64,000 nucleotides of DNA from the NCBI GenBank assembly GCA_964035545.1, contig OZ037768.1, forward strand, positions 124,001 to 188,000. The letters are read 5' to 3'. The notes under the pieces were generated by a model. That model saw only the letters and a program-made list of their open reading frames with translations. It ran no database searches and was not told the DNA's origin. Both the position numbers and the translations under genes were made by a program. Position 1 is the stretch's first letter; every line of letters starts with the position of its first letter. The stretch is from Bugula neritina. Taxonomy: Eukaryota; Animalia; Bryozoa. Below are positions 1 to 11,192 of the stretch, in pieces.

Positions 1-1393
1 TTGTATACTGTCCACCCAGAGGCTGTATACTCTGGTAGCATAGTATAATATTGTATACTGTCCACCCAGGGGCTGTATACTCTGGTAGCATAGTATAATA
101 TTGTATACTGTCCACCCAGGGGCTGTATACTCTGGTAGCATAGTATAATATTGTATACTGTCCACCCAGGGGCTGTATACTCTGGTAGCATAGTATAATA
201 CTGTATACTGTCCACCCAGGGGCTGTATACTCTGGTAGCATAGTATAATACTGTATACTGTCCACCCAGGGGCTGTATACTCTGGTAGCATAGTATAATA
301 TTGTATACTGTCCACCCAGGGGCTGTATACTCTGGTAGCATAGTATAATACTGTATACTGTCCACCCAGGGGCTGTATACTCTGGTAGCATAGTATAATA
401 CTGTATACTGTCCACCCAGGGGCTGTATACTCTGGTAGCATAGTATAATATTGTATACTGTCCACCCAGGGGCTGTATACTCTGGTAGCATAGTATAATA
501 CTGTATACTGTCCACCCAGGGGCTGTATACTCTGGTAGCATAGTATAATACTGTATACTGTCCACCCAGGGGCTGTATACTCTGGTAGCATAGTATAATA
601 TTGTATACTGTCCACCCAGGGGCTGTATACTCTGGTAGCATAGTATAATATTGTATACTGTCCACCCAGGGGCTGTATACTCTGGTAGCATAGTATAATA
701 TTGTATACTGTCCACCCAGGGGCTGTATACTCTGGTAGCATAGTATAATACTGTATACTGTCCACCCAGGGGCTGTATACTCTGGTAGCATAGTATAATA
801 CTGTATACTGTCCACCCAGGGGCTGTATACTCTGGTAGCATAGTATAATATTGTATACTGTCCACCCAGGGGCTGTATACTCTGGTAGCATAGTATAATA
901 CTGTATACTGTCCACCCAGGGGCTGTATACTCTGGTAGCATAGTATAATACTGTATACTGTCCACCCAGGGGCTGTATACTCTGGTAGCATAGTATAATA
1001 TTGTATACTGTCCACCCAGGGGCTGTATACTCTGGTAGCATAGTATAATATTGTATACTGTCCACCCAGGGGCTGTATACTCTGGTAGCATAGTATAATA
1101 TTGTATACTGTCCACCCAGGGGCTGTATACTCTGGTAGCATAGTATAATATTGTATACTGTCCACCCAGGGGCTGTATACTCTGGTAGCATAGTATAATA
1201 TTGTATACTGTCCACCCAGGGGCTGTATACTCTGGTAGCATAGTATAATATTGTATACTGTCCACCCAGGGGCTGTATACTCTGGTAGCATAGTATAATA
1301 TTGTATACTGTCCACCCAGGGGCTGTATACTCTGGTAGCATAGTATAATACTGTATACTGTCCACCCAGGGGCTGTATACTCTGGTAGCATAG
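1..1393 (+). repeat. 50-bp minisatellite (>=27 copies) containing the splice acceptor and first 24 nt of a ZnT exon
   Basis: Unit YtgtatactgtccacccAG|gggctgtatactctggtagcatagtataata; the last copy is the real acceptor at 1369/1370. Confidence 0.97.
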
Positions 1394-3855
1394 CTATTGG
1401 CACAGATGTTATGCACTTGGCCAGTGACCTCCTCTCCTTTGTCATCAGTCTCATAGCAGTCTACCTGGCTAAGAAACCTCCCACTGCTAGATTTCCTTGG
1501 GGATTCCATAGAGCAGGTAACTCCTAACTACTAATATACCGTATTCACTATATTCACTGTCCCTAGCGTGTGGGAAGTAGCAGTATCTAGGTATGTTGTG
1601 TTACTTGATGTCTACAGCGAGACTATGTTGTGTTACTTGATGTCTACAGCGAGACTATGTTGTGTTACTTGATGTCTACAGCGAGACTATGTTGTGCTAC
1701 TTGATGTCTACAGCGAGACTATGTTGTGTTACTTGATGTCTACAGCGAGACTATGTTGTGCTACTTGTTTGTGCAGAGGTGCTTGGTGCCCTACTCAGTG
1801 TGTTTGTCATATGGGTGGTGACGGGCATACTCGTCTACCTGGCTGTGGAGAGGATCATCACTAAAGACTACGACAGTCTAGAACCTTCCACTATGCTCTA
1901 CACTTCTATAGCTGGTGTCATCTTCAACATTATGTGAGTCTATTATCCTCTTTCTAGTTTCTACTCTCTTTATACTCTCTACTCACTCTATACTCTCACT
2001 ACTCACTATATACTCTCTCTACTCACTATATACTCTCTCTACTCTCTATATACTCTCTACTCTCTCTACTCACTATATACTATATACTCTCTCTACTCAC
2101 TATATACTCTCTCTACTCATTATATACTCTCTATACTCTCTACTCACTATATACTATATACTCTCTCTACTCACTATTCACTCTATACTCTCTCTACTCA
2201 CTATTCACTCTATACTCTCTCTACTCACTCTCTACTCACTGTATACTCTCTCTACTCACTATATACTCTCTCTACTCTCTACTCACTCTATACTCTCTCT
2301 ACTCACTATTCACTCTATACTCTCTCTACTCACTCTCTACTCACTGTATACTCTCTCTACTTACTATATACTCTCTCTACTCACTACTCACTCTCTACTC
2401 TCTCTACTCACTGTATACTCTCTCTACTCACTCTATACTCTCTCTACTCACTGTATACTCTCTCTACTCACTACTCACTCTCTACTCACTACTCACTCTC
2501 TACTCACTCTACTCACTGTATACTCTCTCTACTCACTCTACTCACTCTCACTACTCCCTATTCACTATATACTCTCACTATTCACTATATACTCTCTACT
2601 CACTATATACTCTCTCTACTCTCTACTCACTATTCACTCTTCACCCACCTACTAATAGTTTTGTATCTGTATTGTATGCCTCAGTCTGTACACCATTCAG
2701 ATGAAGTATTCCAATTTCTAGCCACGTGATTGGCTCATGGTGTTCTACATCAGCCACTGTCCTTCAGTTGACATTTTGTCATTTCCTGTAGAATGGCCGT
2801 TGTGTTGAATGTGGACGTCTTCAAGTGTAAAGTATCGCATGGACACAGTCACGGAGGAGGGGGACACAGTCACGGAGGAGGGGGACACAGTCACGGAGGA
2901 GGGGCACACAGTCACGGAGGAGGGGGACACAGTCACAGTGGAGGGGGACACAGTCACAGTGGAGGAGGGGGACACAGTCACAGAGGAGGGGGTGGACACC
3001 TGCGGCTGTCACGAAGGCGTAGAGATGATACAGATCAGCTCACTGAACACACTGATGATGAAGGTGTGAATACTAGACTTGACTCAGTTGTGAAGACGTA
3101 GCCTCAGTACCATGTAGTGTAGCCTCAGTATCATGTAGTATAGCCTCAGTATCCTGTAGTGTAGCCTCAGTACCATGTAGTGTTACTACTTGCAGTAGGA
3201 GACGTCACTGAGTACTCAGATACCAGTTCCACAACCAAGAAGGAGAAGAACATTGTCATACGAGCTGCATTCGTTCATGTGTTGGGAGACTTGATACAAA
3301 GTGTGGGGGTGTTTGTGTCCGCCTTCATTATAAAGTTCAAGGTGAGAGTAGAACCTGGGCTAACACTAAGTCCTACACTAACACTAGGTCCTACACTAAC
3401 ACTAGGTGCTACACTAACACTAAGTCCTACACTAACACTAGCACCTACACTAACACTAAGTCCTACACTAACACTAAGTACTACACTAACACTAAGTCCT
3501 GCACTAACACTAAGTCCTACACTAACACTAAGTCCTACACTAACACTAAGTCCTACACTAACACTAAGTCCTACACTAACACTAAGTACTACACTAACAC
3601 TAAGTACTACACTAACACTAAGTCCTACACTAACACGTGACAACAATACTATGCTTTATATTGGTCGTGATGTTGAATGTGTTTTATTTATAGGGTTATA
3701 AAATAGCTGATCCAATTTGCACATTTACCTTCTCGGTGCTCGTACTTATAACTACAGTGACTGTGCTTAGAGATGCTTTCTTCATGTTAATGGAGGGTGA
3801 GTGATAGTAGTAGTACTAGTAATAGTAGTACTAGTATTAGTAGTACTTGTAGTAC

Positions 3856-3887
<32 letters not shown>

Positions 3888-5488
3888 CTAGTAGTAGTAG
3901 TAGTACTAGTAGTAGTAGTACTAGTAGTAGTAGTAGTACTAGTAGTAGTAGTACTAGTAGTACTAGTAGTAGTAGTAGTAGTAGTACTAGTAGTAGTACT
4001 AGTAGTAGTAGTACTATTAGTAGTAGTATTGACTTAGCCTGAGATCATACACAGACTGTGTTCCACTGTAGGGTGCCCTAAGAAGATTCCCTATGATCAC
4101 ATTTACAACCGCCTGACGGAACTTCCGGGGGTCAAGGCTGTTCATAGCCTCAGAGTCTGGGCGATGACGGCTACTGAAGTGTGTGCTACCGTGCACCTTG
4201 CCGTAGGTGAGTGAGTCAGCAAGTAGAGAATATCTTACTAAGTATACAACTAGTAGAATATCTATATATTACTAAGTATACAACTAGTAGAATATCTATA
4301 TATTACTAAGTATACAACTAGTAGAATATCTATATATTACTAAGTATACAACTAGTAGAATATCTATATATTACTAAGTATACAACTAGTAGAGTATCTA
4401 TATATTACTAAGTATACAACTAGTAGACTATCTATATATTACTAAGTATACAACTAGTAGAATATCTATATATTACTAAGTATACAACTAGTAGAATATC
4501 TATATATTACTAAGTATACAACTAGTAGAATATCTACATATTACTAAGTATACAACTAGTAGAGTATCTATATATTACTAAGTATACAACTAGTAGAATA
4601 TCTATATATTACTAAGTATACAACTAGTAGAATATCTATATATTACTAAGTATACAACTAGTAGAGTATCTACATATTACTAAGTATACAACTAGTAGAA
4701 TATCTATATATTACTAAGTATACAACTAGTAGAATATCTATATATTACTAAGTACACAACTAGTAGAATATCTATATATTACTAAGTACACAGCTAGTAG
4801 AATATCTATATATTACTAAGTATACAACTAGTAGAATATCTATATATTACTAAGTACACAACTAGTAGAATATCTATATATTACTAAGTACACAACTAGT
4901 AGAGTATCTATATATTACTAAGTATACAACTAGTAGAATATCTATATATTACTAAGTATACAACTAGTAGAGTATCTATATATTACTAAGTATACAACTA
5001 GTAGAGTATCTATATATTACTAAGTATACAACTAGTAGAATATCTATATATTACTAAGTATACAACTAGTAGAATATCTATATATTACTAAGTATACAAC
5101 TAGTAGAATATCTATATATTACTAAGTATACAACTAGTAGAATATCTATATATTACTAAGTATACAACTAGTAGAATATCTATATATTACTAAGTACACA
5201 ACTAGTAGAATATCTATATATTACTAAGTATACAACTAGTAGAATATCTATATATTACTAAGTGAAAAGCTCCACACAGAACTGCTAAGCTTGTTTCTCG
5301 CTTCCACAGATGAGAGCTGTACATCTCCGTACGAACTCGTGAAGCAAGCCACACGCATTCTGAGAGAAGGAGAGGTCATTGCACGTACTTCTGTGCAGGT
5401 AGAACCGTACAATGAGCTCTTCATGAGAACTTGCTTCGAGTGTAAACACCCGGGCCCTCATGTTGGTGCTCACCTTAACATTATCTAG
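1370..5488 (+). CDS. Cation diffusion facilitator zinc transporter, ZnT2/3/8 (SLC30A2-like); 5'-partial, earlier exons lie left of the window
   Basis: In-frame GT-AG exons 1370-1516, 1777-1933, 2792-3063, 3196-3341, 3694-3796, 4072-4206, 5310-5488(TAG). Translation shows TM2 'TDVMHLASD' (HxxxD), '[15 protein letters not shown]', a His-rich loop, TM5 '[17 protein letters not shown]', '[16 protein letters not shown]', 'LMEGCP', CTD 'HSLRVW..HLAV..VQVE' and C-terminal CxxC. AATAAA near 6334. Confidence 0.93.
1592..1766. repeat. 32-bp intronic minisatellite (~5 copies)
   Basis: tatgttgtgttacttgatgtctacagcgagac. Confidence 0.9.
1960..2640. repeat. Degenerate CT/ACT-rich intronic repeat
   Basis: Variants of ctctctactcactatata. 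Confidence 0.85.
2838..2998 (+). repeat. Coding 21-bp repeat encoding (GHSHGGG)x~7 in the ZnT His-rich loop
   Basis: ggacacagtcacggaggaggg units in frame within exon 2792-3063. Confidence 0.9.
3360..3636. repeat. 18-bp intronic minisatellite
   Basis: ctaacactaagtcctaca, ~15 copies. Confidence 0.92.
3806..4028. repeat. (TAG)n microsatellite
   Basis: tagtagtac/tag run filling the intron. Confidence 0.95.
4225..5263. repeat. 34-bp intronic minisatellite (~30 copies)
   Basis: tattactaagtatacaactagtagaatatctata. Confidence 0.96.
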
Positions 5489-5511
5489 TGGAGTGCAGTC
5501 TGTCGTATCTT

Positions 5512-5762
5512 CTCTACTCTACACTGACCTCTACTCTAGCCTACACTGACCTCTAGTCTAGTCTACACTGACCTCTACTCTACTCTACACTGACCTCTAG
5601 TCTACACTGACCTCTACTCTAGTCTACACTGACCTCTAGTCTAGCCTACACTGACCTCTACTCTACACTGACCTCTACTCTACTCTACACTGACCTCTAC
5701 TCTAACCTACACTGACCTCTACTCTAACCTACACTGACCTCTACTCTAGTTTACACTGATCT
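5512..5762. repeat. ~22-bp repeat in ZnT 3' UTR
   Basis: ctacactgacctctactctagt variants. Confidence 0.85.
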
Positions 5763-6596
5763 CTTCACATAATGTACCACAACTCATCAACTGCAACTCA
5801 TTGTGCTGAAACTGTCCTATTTATACTCTTTCTCAAGTATTTTGCCTGACCAGCTCTATTGGTTACTTGTGACTGTTTACCTGAGGTGACCTGAGGTTAT
5901 ACACTAAGGTGACCTCAGGGTATGCATCATACAAGTTTTATATGTTCTTCTATATAATTGTGTTCTATCTTCTCTTCCAGCATACTGAGTTCATTTGTTT
6001 AGCTGTAGTAGTGTCAACTGTTACCCTCTGTTATGGGGCCCTTAATACCCCCACCCCCTCTTTACTGCTGTGTATGCATACTATACACTGTCTACTACTC
6101 TGTCTGCACTATCTACTCTGTGTACTCTGTCTACGCTATCTACACTGTCTACATTGCCTATACTAGTATTTCTACTAGTTTTTGGAATTACTTTATTATC
6201 CTGGAGCTATGATATTTTAATAGAATTACATAATATGGACAATAATTGTGTACTCAATAAGCATTTTATCCATCAGAAATTATTTTTTGAATCAATATTC
6301 AAAATTAAAACTGATTTTGATCATTTATTTTAAATAAATATTGTTTTATTATAAAACTAAGATGGAGTATTTGAGTGAATGATAACTTGTTACAGTCAGC
6401 TAAGAAACAAGATGTTGATATCATATTCCTGTAGATTCATCAATTTACAGGATTATTTGCTAGTCAAGTATAGCCATACTCTCTCTGTCCACACAGCATT
6501 TCTGTTTTTGTTTAATTTTTACAAGAGTAAATATTATTCTTCTTGTAGCATGTTTTATTCATGGCATATTGAATAGCAGTAGAACCTTTGATGTTG

Positions 6597-7128
6597 TCTG
6601 TATAGCAGAGTAGGGGTGACTGTATAGCATAGTAAGGGTGACTGTATAGCAGTGTAAGGGTGAGTGTATAGTATAGTAAGGGGGACTGTATAGCAGAGTA
6701 AGGGTGACTGTATAGCAGAGTAAGGGGACTGTATAGCAGTGTAAGGGTGACTGTATAGCAGAGTAAGGGTGACTGTATAGCAGAGTAAGGGGGACTGTAT
6801 AGCAGAGTAAGGGGGACTGTATAGCAGTGTAAGGGTGACTGTATAGCAGAGTAAGGGTGACTGTATAGCAGTGTAAGGGTGACTGTATAGCAGAGTAAGG
6901 GTGACTGTATAGCAGTGTAAGGGTGACTGTATAGCAGAGTAAGGGTGACTGTATAGCAGAGTAAGGGTGACTGTATAGCAGTGTAAGGGTGACTGTATAG
7001 CAGAGTAAGGGTGACTGTATAGCAGTGTAAGGGTGACTGTATAGCAGAGTAAGGGTGACTGTATAGCAGTGTAAGGGTGACTGTATAGCAGAGTAAGGGT
7101 GACTGTATAGCAGAGTAAGGGTGATTGT
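6597..7128. repeat. 22-bp intergenic minisatellite (~24 copies)
   Basis: gtgactgtatagcagWgtaagg. Confidence 0.95.
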
Positions 7129-7490
7129 ATTAAACTTCATCTCTAGATGTGCTAACACTATACTATATGTTCACCACTAACTGGTTTGTAACAAATAGTA
7201 ATAGGGACAATACAGCAACCAGAAATAACACTTTGCATAAATATTCCAGTATTTATTGCAAATATACATCTAAGAGTGTTGCTACTGCTGTCTCATCTGA
7301 AACTAACAAACATGTATTTTATTTCACATGTAAACACTATAACTAGTAATTAATACATTATATAATATAAAAGGTCAAGCATGCAACTGGTCAACGACAG
7401 AGTATTCAACTCACACTTCACTATCTACAGTTCACCTTATAAAATACTTCCCTTATTTCAGTCACTGCAGCTGCATTCATGTCACTAACT

Positions 7491-8522
7491 TCATTTTCTG
7501 ATGATTTTTCTGGCGAAATTGTCATACTCCGTAGAGTCGACTACGATCTGGGAGCCGTGGTACTTGTTGATGATGTGAAAACTGTACTCCTGTGAGAGAT
7601 ATCTGTGTTTGTCATTAGTACTCAGCCGCACCCCTTGAAACGCCTTGCAGCTCTGCATCACTTCTGTCAGCTGAGCCAAGCTCGGTATGACTGGTTTGCG
7701 ACATGTCGGCCATTCCTCCACTTCCTGTTTACACCATACGTCTGCTGCTGAGGTGGCTGGTCGCTGTGTCAGCAGCTGAGTGTTGCCAGACACACAGGGT
7801 AGTCTCGACGTGTCCGCTGCTCTTCTAGTATCCTCTCTGGAGTTGTGTCCTCTCAGTGGGAGTCTTTCTCTTACCAGCTCTTCCCCCAGGCTGTAGATCT
7901 CCTCCTCCCCCAGGCTGTAGATTTCCTCCTCCCCCAGGCTGTAGATTTCCTCTCTCAACTTCTCTTGCTTATCTGCTGCAGGTTTCATATCCTCACCGGA
8001 TACTTGCTCTGTGCTGCCTCTGCTGCTGCCAACGGACTCTGATGTAGCTGAACCCCTCAGTCTGTATTGTCTGACCGGGGAGTACCTAACTCCTGTTACT
8101 ACGTCATGAAGGTCACTAGTCGCTCTCCTATATGCACCGTCTATCTCCTGCTTCTCACTGCTGCCACAGACTAGGTCAGCGCTGTCTGTCTGTATGTTGG
8201 GGACATTAAGTGACCTGGTAATATCCAGAGTTGTGGTCACTTGGCCCAGCTCTCTCTTCCTATTACGGTGGGCTATTGATCCCGACCAGAGTTTAGCTTT
8301 CCTCTGGTAGACTTGTCTCAAGTGTTCAGTCCGCCATGTTTGACTGGCAGGAAATGCTGCTACACTGCTCTGACATGATTGACTAGCGGTCCGGTCAAGG
8401 TACCTCATTCTATGCTCCTGCTCTTGTGACAGTTTCCTTCTCACAGTTTTGGGAAGGCGGTTTGCTTCAGTAAATGCAAATCTGCTGTCCCTGACAGCGT
8501 CTGTAGGCAGCTGTAACTGCAT
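7491..8522 (-). CDS. Uncharacterised 343-aa protein (single coding exon, probably with spliced non-coding leader)
   Basis: Long, mostly non-repetitive ORF with higher GC than its flanks. ATG lies 23 nt inside an exon that follows a 'tttgtag' acceptor (~8546). AATAAA on the minus strand at ~7252. No recognisable domain. Confidence 0.6.
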   Translation of the reverse strand: MQLQLPTDAVRDSRFAFTEANRLPKTVRRKLSQEQEHRMRYLDRTASQSCQSSVAAFPASQTWRTEHLRQVYQRKAKLWSGSIAHRNRKRELGQVTTTLDITRSLNVPNIQTDSADLVCGSSEKQEIDGAYRRATSDLHDVVTGVRYSPVRQYRLRGSATSESVGSSRGSTEQVSGEDMKPAADKQEKLREEIYSLGEEEIYSLGEEEIYSLGEELVRERLPLRGHNSREDTRRAADTSRLPCVSGNTQLLTQRPATSAADVWCKQEVEEWPTCRKPVIPSLAQLTEVMQSCKAFQGVRLSTNDKHRYLSQEYSFHIINKYHGSQIVVDSTEYDNFARKIIRK

Positions 8523-8902
8523 GTCTCACCTTTCCCCAACTTCTTCTACAAATAATTTGTAATATAATCATAGAAATGCTGTCTTGTTCAACTCAATAAC
8601 TATTAATTGATACGATTATTGCTTCCCTGCACAGCCCAAAGTATTCAGTGAACTCAGTGTAGGTATGCATGTTTTATAACACAACTCTATCCCTTGGAGG
8701 CTCATCAAAAGTATCTTAGTTCTTCCTCCAAACATCCTGTTTCAAGTTTCTCAAAGAGTAACTTAGTCAGTTCACCACAGAGCTGTGCAATACTGACCCA
8801 CTGTGTCGCAGAGCTGACACCCATTATGACTGTCATGGAACTTTTACTATATTTAACCATTTTATTCGCTAGCTTATTAACCTTTTTAAATACACACTGA
8901 AA

Positions 8903-9098
8903 TGTGTCACCACAAACACTCAGATGTGTCATCACAACCACGCAGATGTGTCATCACAAACGCTCTGATGTGTCATCACAACCACTCAGACATGTCATCA
9001 CATCCACTCAGATGTGTCATCACAACCACTCAGCTGTGTCATCACAACCATTCAGATGTGTCATCACAACCTCAGATGTGTCATCACAACCACTCAGC
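8903..9098. repeat. ~22-bp minisatellite
   Basis: atgtgtcatcacaaccactcag, ~9 copies. Confidence 0.88.
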
Positions 9099-9980
9099 TT
9101 ATGGAAAGCATAGTCAGCACTCACCTCTGTATCGATACTGGCCACCAGATGAATATTGAATCTCGGCAGCAGCAGCTCGTTGTCAAGAAAGTTGACTGTC
9201 AGCACTTATTTGATCCTTAAACATAACAGCCAATGATATGCCAGTATCAGTTTGAGTTAGAAGTAAATGAAAGGCACTTATATTGTGTGCACAGAGAAAG
9301 TATATAGCGCATGTATTGCCCTTGTGTGAATAGTATACAGTTAAAACCCTCTTATATTCCTTTCATCACACCTAATCCTATTTATATATTATCTTGACAA
9401 GAAGCTACTATATTATAATTATTTGATTTAGTTTAGTTTATGTTTGTCTCCCAGCATTAATTAATTGATCATTGATTGAGAAAATACAAAGGCAAGGCTG
9501 TGATAATATCAAACCAAAACTTTCCTGCTTTATTGGTGTCCAAACAGTATATATTGTAACCAAATATAAATACCATGTTATACTGGGAGGTGATTTACCA
9601 ACACAAACACATGCACGTGATATTTGTAGTTACTGTGACTAATAAATCAAGGCATGTTCCAACTGTCACTTGAGAGGAGATTTCAAAGATTATTACGTTG
9701 TGATTGTTTCTTGAACACCATAACATATTGCTGCATGGGTGGTGTCGTATTTCTGGCAGCCACGAGAGTGGTGGATACAGCACGCCTCTCACTTATCATA
9801 ATGAAATAACACATAGCAACATTTGACCAGTAAGGTAAACTCTATGCTGTTTTTTTATTCGATTTCTTTCAGTAGAACATAAGAGCTGCTCATATAGAAT
9901 TGTTTACAGCTCATATTTCACAAACAAAGTATCAGATGAGTCACCTTACAGTCTGCAATAATTAATCAGCTTTCCATACC

Positions 9981-10355
9981 AGCTACAGAGATCAGTGAGG
10001 TCTCTACTAAATACTGTATATACTAGCTCTAGAGATCAGTGAGGTCTCTACTAAATACTGTATATACTAGCTCTAGAGATCAGTGAGGTCTCTACTAAAT
10101 ACTGTATATACTAGCTATAGAGATCAGTGAGGTCTCTACTAAATACTGTATATACTAGCTCTAGAGATCAGTGAGGTCTCTACTAAATACTGTATATACC
10201 AGCTCTAGAGATCAGTGAGGTCTTTACTAAATACTGTCCATACTAGCTATAGAGATCAGTGAGGTCTCTACTAAATACTGTCCATACTAGCTATAGAGAT
10301 CAGTGAGGTCTCTACTAAATACTGTCCATACTAGCTATAGAGATCAGTGAGGTCT
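9981..10355. repeat. 44-bp minisatellite (~8 copies)
   Basis: agctctagagatcagtgaggtctctactaaatactgtatatact. Confidence 0.93.
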
Positions 10356-10812
10356 GTAGATTATCGGATAACATTTTAGAGCGTATGAATCAAGTAAACA
10401 TTTCAACTGATGAAATCAATAAAATCTTTTACTGAGAGGTCAATGAAGTTTCACTGAAGAGATCAGTGACTGGGGAATGTCTTGTTATGAACAGGGCTAC
10501 ACTATGCTACACACCCACATCTCTGCACCCCCCCCCCCCACCCCTGCACATGCTGTACACTAAGATAAGTCTGGGACAGAGGCAGTTTCAATGTGTAACT
10601 CTGGACATAAGAGAAGTGCGTGCATAGTTATATCTCTGAATAATCTGTTATACTTGGATAGACAACTCCTACTTGTTCAGCAGATGGGTACACTACTAAC
10701 CTAGAACTCTAATCCACAGGATGTGATAACACAGGAAGTAGTGCACAACATTGTTCGAGTAAATATTTATTTACATGATATTATACAATACATCTTATGT
10801 TCTGGAGATTTT

Positions 10813-11162
10813 ATAATATAATATATTACTCGTATATATAATATATTACTCGTATATATAATATATTACTCGTATATAATTATAATATATCACTCGTATA
10901 CATAATATATTACTCGTATACATAATATATCACTCGTATATATAATATATTACTCATATACATAACATGCAGAGTTTTCATCATATGTATGTATTAGAAT
11001 CACAACAAAGCTGCAAGACCATATACTCTGCAGATATACTCTTGGTCAGGTTTCTACAGATACACCCTTGGCCAGGTTTCTGCAGATATACTCTTGACCA
11101 GGTTTCTGCAGATAAACTCTTGGCCAGGTTTCTGCGAATACACCCTTGGCCAGGTTTCTGCA
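10813..11162. repeat. Two short arrays in CCDC113 3' UTR (20-bp and ~26-bp units)
   Basis: ataatatattactcgtatat (10813-10962); ctgcagatatactcttggccaggttt (11026-11162). Confidence 0.85.
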
Positions 11163-11192
11163 CATGTATATTAATGTGAGTCATCTTTTGAG

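Noticed and set aside
1915-2655. 246-aa Leu/Ser/Tyr ORF (likewise 6559-7158, 3797-4042, 45917-46311)
   Set aside because: Low-complexity repeats in introns or intergenic DNA.
8705-8941. 78-aa minus ORF as a coding exon
   Set aside because: The upstream candidate exon has stops in all frames and there is no recognisable homology; treated as leader/uORF sequence.
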